DNA from: Azolla caroliniana
Taxonomy: Eukaryota; Plantae; Polypodiophyta
Length of the DNA: 64,000 nucleotides
Assembly: GCA_043228905.1 (NCBI GenBank)
Contig: JBHGNT010000013.1
Location: forward strand, 1,798,001-1,862,000
Direction of reading: 5' to 3'
The notes beneath the pieces were generated by a model. That model was not told the DNA's origin and ran no database searches. It saw nothing but the letters and a program-made list of their open reading frames with translations. This document shows positions 38,675-50,200 of this stretch, piece by piece. Both the position numbers and the translations under genes were made by a program. Every line of letters starts with the position of its first letter. Within the stretch, counting starts at the first letter, position 1.

Positions 38675-40008
38675 TCTCTAAAACATATTTAGGCAAGATT
38701 CACTCTGAGAACCCGCACAAATGAAGTGGGTTATGTGGCAATCGACAATTGGCTGTGGAAGGGTGGGATAGACCAAAATTTGAGAGAAGTGGATATAACC
38801 TAGTTTGGTGCCATGTTTGTAGGATGTGAGATTTGAACTTCTGCAAAGCTAGTCACCAACCAGCGAAATTTCACCCAATATCCATTCTTTGTGAACATGA
38901 TCTTATATTATATTGAATACACCAGTCTGACGTGGTCTTAAAAATTTGAAACGTTTTAACATATTTTTGGGCCTATTTAAATGCTGCCAATGAGATTGTA
39001 TGCTACTTGTGAAACGGTTTTATCCTTCATAATTTTGTGAAAAGTACATTATTTGTTCCCTTCAAATGAGATCCAAATAATGAATTGTTGAAAAAATTGG
39101 TAATAGTGTTGGTTCATTGCCGGTAATTATGAGTGGTAGTGTTAGTTCTAAAGCACTCATTTAGGGTATATGACGTGCACATGTTTAATACCGAATCACA
39201 ACTAGTGCAAATTATCCAATTTAGATGCTTAACATAAAAGAACAATGGGCTGTGTAATATGGGAAGTTGACTGCCCTACCCTTAATACCAAAAGAATGTA
39301 CATACTATGTTTTCTGTGAGATGCAAAACTAGAACTAGTAGTGTAACTTCTCCTTATTTTATGCTGAGTCTGAAAGACAATTTTCCATGCATAGTATATG
39401 AAGTTGCAATTGTGCCTGTATGTTACAGTATGGATGAATAACTTTGTTTTGTGTAACATACACAAATATTATGCCAAGAATATCGAGATTGTTGTCTTTG
39501 TGCACAGACGTAGCCGTGTGCAATCACTTTAGCATTGAGAACTCAATTAGTAGGTGCTATATGTTGTACATTAGTACATGTGGTTTGATTTTTTCAAATA
39601 AAACCTTTTCTTTTTTTGAGCAGTGACAATCTTGGCATTAGTTTGTTACTATCACAAACAGGTTTGAGAAGGGTACGTACATGATGTAAATAGGATTTTA
39701 GATGGATCATTTTAGCTTCGAGAACAATTTAAAAAACCTCAAAAATCTTTATAAAGTGAAACTTTGATGATGCTAATGTTGCAAGGTCAATCTGTTGGTC
39801 CAACCTATTTGATTATAATACGAAAGATAGGTTTGCAACATCTTTGTTGGTCATACGATCTCAGGCATGCTAGTTGTACACCCTTAATTGTGTTTGTACG
39901 AATGTATTGTAATTTTATAAAATTATTGTTTCTCTTTTCATGCAAAAAAACCAGAAAGAGAAAGAACCTGCAACAAGATTATGGATGGAATTGGATAGAA
40001 TAGCCTAG

Positions 40009-42901
40009 TCACCACCACCTCCGGCTCCTTGCCCTTTGTTCTTCAAGTTTTTTTAGATGATACATATAAGACGCAACACCAATAGAAGTAACCATGGCAT
40101 ATAAAACAAAAACGATGGATGCACGAGGACTCGGTCTTGCCAAATGCACTCTTTTTAGCCTCTTAATAACCCCTTCATTGATATTGGACATCATCAGACT
40201 GGCAGACCTTTTCAGCCTCTGGATTCTAGTCACATCATGCCCATCTCCATCTCTCTCTTTGTTAGGGATGTTAGGCTCACTTGGGGCTGCTTTGTGATGC
40301 AAGATCTTATCATCATCACTAATCTTTGGCTTCCCTTTCTTGTCTTTTTCGCAATGCATGATCATCGTATCATCGTTGTCACATGGGCTCACCTTATCAT
40401 GTTCCTTGTGATGCATGCCCATCATATCATCTTCTTGACACAAGCTCACCTTATCATGTTCTTTGTGATTCGGCATCTCCTTATCACGTTCTTTATTATG
40501 CAATCTCATCTTATCATCTTCTTTGTGATGATGCAAGCTTTTCTTGTCCTCGTTTTTACTCTTTGCATTATTTCTATGGTCTACTTCATCTGAATTGACC
40601 CTAATTAAAACCTTCTTAACAATGTTTGCCTCATGGTCACCTCTATGTTCCTTGATTTCTTTAAATGGCAATGTAGTTTTGGCTGGTTTGTAAAGAGATA
40701 TTTTCGCATCCAACTCATGTGAGTTAAGGTTAAACTCACCATGGTTTCGAAGTCCTTTAACAACATTTTCATAATGATTAGACCTAATAGGGGTATTGTC
40801 TGGCTTTACATTATTTTCACATGAAAAAGGCAATGCATCAATTTCTTCACCCGAAAGAGGTCGCATCGATGGAGTTGAAGACAATAGGCCCTCAGGATGA
40901 GAATTTACTTTATCCTTGTTTTGTGCTTCCATTGGTTTCACAAGTAAAGCAGCCTTGCTTCTTGTAGTAATAGGGTTTGTGCTAGTGATAGAAGATCTTG
41001 TCGATTTGACATGAATACTCGAATATGTATTTTGCTTCTCAGATTCCTACAGTATGATCACAATACAATCAAGAAGCGAAGTAAAGACACATTTGATCCA
41101 ATTCATTTATTTGGAGTGAGGACCCCTCCTTAGCGCCATACTGGTTCTCAATTCATCCATTAAACAATATGCCATTTGCTATCTGATGTCCTTTTTCCAA
41201 GTATTTTATGATTTCTGTTTTGTAACTTTTGCCACTATGATTTCCCTGTTAACTTTTCTTTTCCTTTTGCTTTTATGATTTCGTTAAAAAAATTTGTTAT
41301 GATAAGGTGTTGCTACTTTTGTTTCTTTTTTTTTGCTTTTATGATTACTTTTAACATAAAACTTTGTAGTTACTCATACCTCTCTTTTTGATCTTGTTCT
41401 TGGCATGATGGACTTGCTTTTAAGACCCTTCAGATCTTTTTCTGTGTCAGACCGAGGAAACTCTATACCTTTTGTCTGTTTTTAATATGATTACAATGAC
41501 TTAAATCAGGGAAATCTAGTGGAAGAGACGAAGGGAAAATGATATGCTATTTCCCGAGATTATATCAAACATGTTACTGGACAATTTGTGGTTAATGAGA
41601 GTGCACTAAACTTACAATGATTATAACATAATGGAGATGGGAAAACTGATTATGGATTACAAAAGCAGGTTGTGATAACCCCCATAATGAAACGACAGAT
41701 TAATGTATATTTCTAATAATCTTTAGGATTGCTGCTTAATATGACAATATCTAAAAAGAGGATTAGTGCTCACAAGTAGCAACTGAAAAGAGAATTAGTG
41801 CTTAATGACAGACACATTTGTCAATTAGGTAGCCTTTATTGTTAATGACATTCAACTAAGAAAGTGGATTAACAGGGCATTTGTGCTTCGGTTGAATAAC
41901 AGAAAAAATGGATCCAGGTGACATTTGTGCTTCCCTTAAGGGACATCCTCTCCTTAACAGTATCAGCTACAAGGACAATCAAGGTGACATTAGTGCTTAC
42001 CAACATCAACTGACAAACTGGATGAAGATGACATTTGTGCTTAATGACTCACATTAACTAAAAAGTGGATTGACAAGGGTATTTATTCCTAATGACCACA
42101 AAGTAGACTAATGGGGGGGGGGGGGGGGGGGGTATTTGTACTGAAGCACATTTAAAAAGGAAGCACAATAAAGGGGCATTTCTTATTAATGACATTAACT
42201 CCAAAGTGAATTGAGGGTCATTTTCCCTTAATGGCATCAAAAGAAAACTGGATAAAAAAAAAGTGGATTAAGAAAACAATTCGTGCTTCATGACATTAAT
42301 AAAATGAGGAAATTGAGGAACATTTGTAATGCTATTAACTAAATTAGTGGATGTTTGTGCCATTGTTCTGCATCCGGGAAACCATATGTTGGAAAATTTC
42401 TATGAGCTTGCTCTGCATCAAATAGTCAAAGTTTTAATGTCCAAAACAACTAAAATGTTCTGTTTTTCATCGTGGAACACATGTTATTTGAGTTTCTAAT
42501 AAGTCATTGTGTGTGTGTGTGGGAACATTTTAACTAAAAAACTGGATTAGGAGAAAACATTTATACTTTATGATTTTTGGAACTAAAAAAGTGGTTTAAA
42601 AAAAAATTGGTATCCATTCCCTGATCCATAAAAGTCATGATGTGTTGATTATGGCTCCTTAGTGATGTGAGGTTTCTGGGTTAATGACAGTAATTACGAA
42701 GTGGATCAGCTAAACACCTGACGCTGATTAACGATTAAGTGGGAAAGAAAGGAGAGGGTAGTTACGACTTACACCGGGCACAGGGATTTGATGATCTTCA
42801 AGCCATCGCTCGAGTTGGGAGGGATTCAAACCAAAGAGATGTTCAAGAGTGGTGGTATCTATGTCCGCCATATCCTCTGCTGGCTCTCGGAGAATCTGCA
42901 T
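40009..42901 (-). CDS. Uncharacterised 420-aa protein with His/Lys/Asp repeats and a C-terminal transmembrane segment
   Basis: Exons 42901-42773, 41475-41380, 41046-40009; GT-AG, all phase 0, open through. Repeats like HHKEDDK/HNKERDK/HHKEHDK; ends ASIVFVLYAMVTSIGVASYMY-HLKKLEEQRARSRRWW. Confidence 0.72.
41755..42600. repeat. Degenerate short repeats plus a G20 run in intron 1 of the uncharacterised gene
   Basis: Recurrent CATTTGTGCTT.ATGACATTAACTAAAAAGTGGATT-like units; poly-G 42113-42132. Confidence 0.6.
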
Positions 42902-43114
42902 TGAAGAAGAAGAAGAAGAAGAAGAAGAAGAAACAGTCGCATTTTGGTCCCTTTCTTTTTCCTTTTCGTTCTCTTTCTTGAAGCGATCCAACGCGCCCCT
43001 TCAGAAACAAAAAAAAACCCTTCCGTTCGTAGATTCAGACGGATCAATAAACCAACCACATCATAAAAATGATATAATTGTACACTTCTATCAGTTTTTT
43101 TTATGAAATTCCAA

Positions 43115-43570
43115 TGATGATCAATCTAATGTACATACATTGGTCATAGGAATTTCATAAAGGCACAAAATGTGCATTTGTACCTACCATGTCAATTGAT
43201 TATTGTCCTTATTAGGTTTCTAATTAGTGGTTTTGGTACAACATAAATTTGGGTACATGACCATTGTTGCAAGCTCAACTAGAATATCACGAATAGGAAG
43301 CTCAACCAATTCATCAAACAGCATGACGAAATTTGCAAGCTCAACTAGAATCATGAATAGGAAGCAACATTTAAACTCCTAAAAAAGATGCTAGCCTCCA
43401 TCCCAATGATCGATCAATCTAGATTGGTTGAAGGAATTTCATAAAGGCACAAAAATGTGCATTTATTCAAAAGAACTGGGGGTCTCATGCAAGTGATGTA
43501 CCTAGCATGTCGATTGATGATTGTCCTTCCTAGGTTTCTAACCAGTGGTTTGGTAGAAGACAAATTTGGG
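43115..43570. repeat. Diverged ~150-bp direct duplication
   Basis: GGAATTTCATAAAGGCACAAAA.TGTGCATTT...TAGGTTTCTAA...AAATTTGGG at ~43115-43253 and ~43406-43570. Confidence 0.8.
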
Positions 43571-43667
43571 TGTCAATTGGTTACAAACACACACATATAC
43601 ATATATGACTACTATTTAGAGAGCAACGCGCCTATTAGTACACATCATCAATGCTTCATTATACAAT

Positions 43668-46490
43668 AGAATACCCCTATCTATGCATGGTCTTTCTACA
43701 CCTCAACCTACCATGGTCCATAGGGACACTTTTCATGACCTCTAGGGTCACGAAGGTCATAAAAAAATTACAACATAGGAAATCCATGGACCACACAGGA
43801 TTACGAGCCGAGCATATCATATATGCTCAAGAGTGCCTAACCCCCTTTCTCACTCTAATCTTCAACCGTGCCCTCGCCGAGGGTTTTCCACCACAATGGA
43901 CCATGAACACAGTGGCCCCTATACATAAAGGAGGGGACCCAATGGACCCAAATACATATAGGACCATTATGATAGGTCATACGCTTACTAAACTATATGG
44001 TGCAGTAATGGAAGTAGAGCTCAGCGATTATATGGAGACATTAAGTCTTCAAGCACCTGAGCAGGCTAGCTTTAGACGAGCCTTCTCCACTATTGACCAT
44101 ATCTTTACACTTAGGTGCTTAATTGACCAAACGAAGGCTCGTAAGAAGAAACTATATTGTTGCTTTGTGGACTTCCGCAAAGCCTTTGACACAGTTCCTA
44201 GGGAGAGGTTGTTTCATAGACTTAAAAGCTTGGAGATACCAAATGACATGATCTGGGCCATTTATGCTCTATATGAGCAAGTCTCTAGGTGCGTACGATG
44301 CCCAGGTGGCCTATCTTATTGCTTCACTAGCACCATTGGTGTAAAACAGGGTTGCCCCCTATCACCAACTCTCTTTGGGATCTACATTGATGAGATCACT
44401 GATTTTATTGCTCGTAAGGGAGGCAATGGAGAAGCTATTGGGGGTACACAAGTTAGTATCTTACTCTACGGAGACGACATCATCTTGCTCTCGAAGTCTG
44501 AACAAGACCTACAAAAGCATCTTAATGTCCTAGATGACTTTTGCACAAAGGAGGACTAGTAGTGAATCTAGCGAAAACTAAAGTCCTTATCTTTCATACA
44601 TCGTCCCGAGTTAGGAGTAAATGTCACCTAATCCTCTCTCATAAACCAGTTGAGGTAGATGGATCATATGTATACTTGGGAGTCACTTTTAATGCTCGTT
44701 CAGGTAAATTCTCAATGACCCAAGCAACCAAAGATAGGCTAACGAGAGGGTGTGCATCCCTCTCACTCTTATAGAGACAATGCCACCAGGCATACTTTCA
44801 AGAGCCACGGACTAAGGGATGGCTCTTCGACTCATTAGTGACCCCTTCCCTCATGTATGCATCAGTAGTATGGGCTCCAGGTCTACCATCTTTCATGTGG
44901 ATGAAATTAGAGAGACCTTTGGTGACAATGTTATCACGTCAACTCCGAAGCAAATCGACAGTACCACATGACATTATTAGAGCAGAGTTCAGTTTGCCCC
45001 CGATGTTAGTAGAAGCACTTTTCCAAGTGGTAGTTTTTATTCATCGGATACATAGCCAACCACAAGATAGGATCTCCCGTCAAGCCTTCGAGGTATACCG
45101 ATCCCTATATGCATCTGGGGACACTAGCTCTTGGTATAGCACTATAGTGGGTTGGTTACTTGCAAATGGCATAGACATTACTAACCTACCTGCCCTTAAG
45201 TACAACCATGGGAATGATCAAACTTTAATATCTCATGAAGACCCTAATAAAGTAATATGGCAAGAAATATGGCAAATTTACCCTCAATATACATGGATCA
45301 TTACCCCACTAGGGCCACTCCCACTTAAAATGTTGTACTATAAGGAACACTTCTTGCACTTCTCGAAGTTAGGTTTTATTACATGACCAAGATATCTAGA
45401 TGCATTCTTATCAAATGCATTAAGGGTGGCCATTGGACAACTTAGGATATCATCTCACCAACTTGAGATTGAGAATGGTTGGACTAATAGAGTCCCTAGA
45501 GAGGAAAGGCTATGTAGATTATGTCACATAGAGATAGAGGATGAGTATCATTTTACATGCAAGTGTCCAACCTATGCCGAGATAAGGGCGGAATACCAAG
45601 ACATATTAGGACCCTCTCCCACCCTCTCTAAACTATTAGATACCCCGGATATAAAGAGACTAGGTAGATATATCTTAGAGATAAAACAACATAGGGAGAA
45701 TAAGCCACAAAGTGTAACCATAACCCTTTTAATATTCATCAACATGTAAGTAGTGTAATTATTCAAGAACAAGGGGAGACGATGAATGTGGATACACTTA
45801 CACCACTCGGCCTCTCTCTTGAGGAAGCAGAAATGCAAAGAACAACCAAACGCCCTCATATGTTGGGCTTCAAAACAACTCGACGTGGAGTAGAAACGAT
45901 TAAGAAGATAAGGGAACGTGAGCTACATCGACTAGAAGTTATGGTGGGGGTACCTTCTACATTGGAACCATGGGGGCAACATCCACATTGAAACCCTTTG
46001 ACCTCCCACTTATTTTCGAGAGACTTGGATGGAAATGAAACTAGGCCTAGTATAAAGCCATTCCATTGTAGAACATGTTTGTTATTTTACTAGAACTATT
46101 TAGCGTAAGCTCTATTTTTTTATATTTTTTTATATTTTTACTTTCGATGAATGGGTAAATATCCCATTTTGTTGTAAACCAATTGTCTCATGGGCCAATT
46201 TTGGCCTTAGAAGACGTTAATATCTGTGTTTTTTTTCTTTCTACAATAACACATTACTTTAATCTTCCATACCATACAATAGCTACTCGATGCATGATAT
46301 TTCTATAATAATTCAATGTTTCTATTGTATTACATTAAGTTAGGCCGCAAGGCATTGTAAGTAGGCTCATCTTCTTTTACTTGATCGGAGGAAGATTCCC
46401 CAATGTGTGTATAAGTCTCCTTGTAGACTCTCTATGTAATAATCCTTCCTAACTAATGGGAAAGTAGCTTCATTTTGGAAAAATGAATAA
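43668..46490 (+). mobile_element. 5'-truncated LINE (RTE-X/RTEX-like ORF2 with RT and CCHC finger), frameshifted
   Basis: QASFRRAFSTIDHIFTL, LYCCFVDFRKAFDTVPR, GVKQGCPLSPTLFGIYID, LLYGDD (YADD altered), VNLAKTKVL, YVYLG, QLRISSHQLEIENG...RLCRLC...EDEYHF...CPTY. AATAAA at the end; possible ATACAAT target-site duplication at 43661-43667/46491-46497. Confidence 0.9.
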
Positions 46491-47259
46491 ATACAATGTT
46501 TTGTTTTAGGTATTCCTTAACTTCACTTCATAATACACCCGTTTGCAAAATCTTTCTTCGGTATCAATGTTAGTTTAAGCCTTAAGGTATTCATAACTTC
46601 ACCATATGACTGATAACACCTATTGCACCATCGTTCAATAGTAATGCAATCAATTATATCACTCTAATTTGTGTAGCTAAACCATATACCGTTAGTGCAT
46701 CAGGCACTGTAAACGATTATTATTATGAATGAAGTAACAATTTTCTGACAAAAAAGACAAACGTCTGCAGTTTTTACAAAGAGATTCATGGGCATTATTA
46801 GGGCTTCCAAAAACTGAATTCTGAGTTTACAAGTCTACTGATGCAGATGAAGACAAGGTTTGTCATACATCAAGAGAAACTTTACAATCTATGGCCCCGA
46901 CACAAGTGAGCACATTTTATTAGTTCATCTTTTAGTTCCAAGGAATGCTTGTCAGCGTTAACTATCCCATTTACACTTCGGAGTTGGTTCCCATTATTGA
47001 GTCATTGCTTCAAAATCCCAGTATGGTGCATCTTATTTCTGGATGTGTTTGTCTTTCCAAATAATATTTTGCATTACCTGATCGATCCTAACCTTGACTA
47101 TGGACAAGTTATACTACTAGCATTTGAACTAGCATTTGTATTCTCAATCCAAAAGCATATGCTTTTTGCTTTGTCCTTTCATGATTCTTCCATTCTCTCT
47201 CCCTTCAGAAACTTCTGTGATCAGATTGCCATCAATTCATTCAGTTGACATGACATTCC

Positions 47260-50200
47260 CTACTGAGATAGCCCCACTATCCATTTCACTATGGTTCTGA
47301 CTGGATAACCAGAAGCTGTCCCAAGCTTGCGATTCCAAACAGGTCCTGTGATGTCCAAATGGGCCCATTCCATTCCAAGTGTGATGAACTGCAAAGGTAA
47401 ATAAGACATACAATTCTTCAGAATATCCTATAATTAGGACATGTTTATCTGCCTTTTTTCTCCTACACTATTTTAGCATACCTCTCTCAGGAAAAGAGCA
47501 GCTTTTATAGTACTCCCATCAGGACCCCCAGAGTTGCTAATATCTGCAATAGGGCTCTTCAAAGATTCTTTGTACCTGCCAATGGATGAACATTGTTATG
47601 GCTGTTTAAGAAAATGTTAGATGAACAAAAGACAAATTCTTTTTCACAGCATGGATATATCACAAACAAATGCATTAAAATCAACCTACTTCCGTCAGAT
47701 ATTATGGTTTCTGCAATCTCTACAGGTAATATTTATATGCTTGCCAATTTTTACTCAAAAACAATATAGAGAGGCCTTTGAATGTTTCTAGCCTACTGCT
47801 GGTCATTTCCTCATCATTTTTCTGGCTTCCCAACCTCGCATCCAGTTTCCCTAATCTTAATCAGTAATACAGTATAGTGGGAGAACAAAAAAAATGAAAT
47901 AGGTGAAATATATTTCATCTTCATAGGGCATTATACCGTTCCACCAGTGGCAACCTCCAGACCTTCTCGCCAGCTATTCTTGCTGCAGAGGATATTTGCT
48001 CGGCCATCGCCTCACTTGATGTAAATAGTCCTGCCACGGCAATATGCTGAATATAAATACTTAACTTAACACAGAAATACAGAAATTTGAAGGCTGCTTC
48101 CAGTTATGTATACCTCCAACATCATGCCCTAGGGCCACAATGCATTCTCCAGTCAAAGTAGCTATGTCAAGTATCTGTTACATGAAATTGTAATATGTAC
48201 ACTGATATTCATATGCAAAGCAAAGTGATTTCCTAAAAGCTGCATTGCAGTTAAACCATACGATCTGTTTCGAAAGCACATACCGCATCTACATGAAGGT
48301 CACATGCATACACAAGGGAGTCTGCTAGTGGAAGCCTGCCTTCTGCATCTGTACTGATGACCTGAATTTATCTCATAGTAGTATATTAGTTATACTACTA
48401 TAATAGAAACTAGGCAAATTCCAATAAGAATAAAAAAGACTTTCATGCCTCAATTGTCTTTTTGTTGGCCGCTGTTACAATATCTCCCGGGCGTATACCC
48501 TTGCCACTTATCATGCTCTCACAAACAGCAGAAATAAAATGCACCTGCTCATGTCTTTTCAAATTATCTGCTGTTTGAAAAGGGTTTTTAACTCATTAAT
48601 TACAGGAACATCCATATGTATACCACCAAACACTACGCCCAGTCCCTGTAGTTCTCCCTGTGTTAGTTCATATGCCAGCTTATGGACTCATTTCATATGG
48701 TCTATACTGGACCACTTCAGGATCATGCTCAATTGACATGTGCAGAATCCTGTTCACAGGAAACAGGGAAAGACATGCCATGTAGATCCTCTCATACCCT
48801 AGAGTCTATTATTACATGGCAGCTATGGATATTGGAGGGTTAAGGGCCTAGCTATGCACAATAGTCTTCTTCCTAGCTCCAGTTACTTATAAGTTGTAAG
48901 GTACTTTCTGTATAGTTGGACACACTTATGAATGTACTATGTATGAACTTTTCACAATTTAAAAATTGTGGTAAAACAGACGTCAACTGTTTACATGAAG
49001 ATCAGTTTGGAATGCTTCCCCCTCTGTTACAAGGAAAAGACATGCCATGTAGATCCTCTCATACCCTAGACTCTATTGCAACATGGCAACTATGGATATT
49101 GGAGGGTTACGGGCCTAGCTATGCACACTAGTCTTCTTCCTAGCTCCAGTTACTTATAAGTTGTAAGGTACTTTCTGTAGAGTTGGGCACACTTATGAAT
49201 AACCTACAGGTACTATGTATGAACTTCACAATTGAAACATTTTGAAGTAAACAGAAGTCAACTGTTTACATGAAGATCGGTTTGGAATACTTCCCCCTCT
49301 GGATTTGGTATTGAGCGTTATATAGAGATTGGGGTGCCTTTGTGCCAGCCCTTCTCTGTATGACTTTCGTCTCACATTGCAGTCAGTTAGGGTTTTTTTT
49401 ACTTTTCCTCGTTTGAATAAGCCTCTCGCTGAATTATAATCAGGACTTTTGTTTTAAGATAATTTATTCATAGTAATGTTATTTTCTATTCTAAACCAAA
49501 ATTCTTCAATAATCAGGACTGGAACTCTGTCATAAAATATGCGGAAAGGTGTTCCTTTAGAAAATGCTCTTACTCGACAGTCCAACTGTATACAATCTGA
49601 TAGTGACTGATGTCCATTGGTCATCAACACAACTCAGAACAGCATAATATTAGTCGTCATTCACACCCTATAGCTTAAGTAGTAATCCTTATACAATTAT
49701 AATTAAGATCAACGTTATATCATGGTCAGTTTCTCTTGTACTCATTTGGATAACTTTCCTCATTTCCTCAACAGGCACAACGGGAAGATATTTTTTGACA
49801 ATTGAAGTCAATTTTTTGCTGTCATATCCAAATCTAGTCTCTATGCAGACTAAAGACCCTATGGAAATTGAACTTTCATATTGGAAACTTCACTGTTGTT
49901 TCTGGGACATCAGTTCAGTGACAACTCAAGAAATTCAAAGCAGTAGCTTATGTATATGATAAATTACCTCCACTCCTGTGGGCTTGAGATCACCAATTGC
50001 TAAAGCAGCACCAAGAGCTGCTCCCATGCCGCCCATGTCATATTTCATTAGCTCTACTTCTGATCTAAGACCCCACTTTATGTTATATCCACCAGATTCA
50101 AAACAAACACCTGAAATGTATGTTAATAACATGAGAACATGATGCTGGTTGTCATTTGCCGGCAAATATTTTCCAAATGTATCACTCAAGGCTTCATTAA

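Noticed and set aside
40009-40130. Plant KASH (LINC) protein
   Set aside because: The tail after the TM is long and basic and lacks the terminal xVPT/PPS-type motif.
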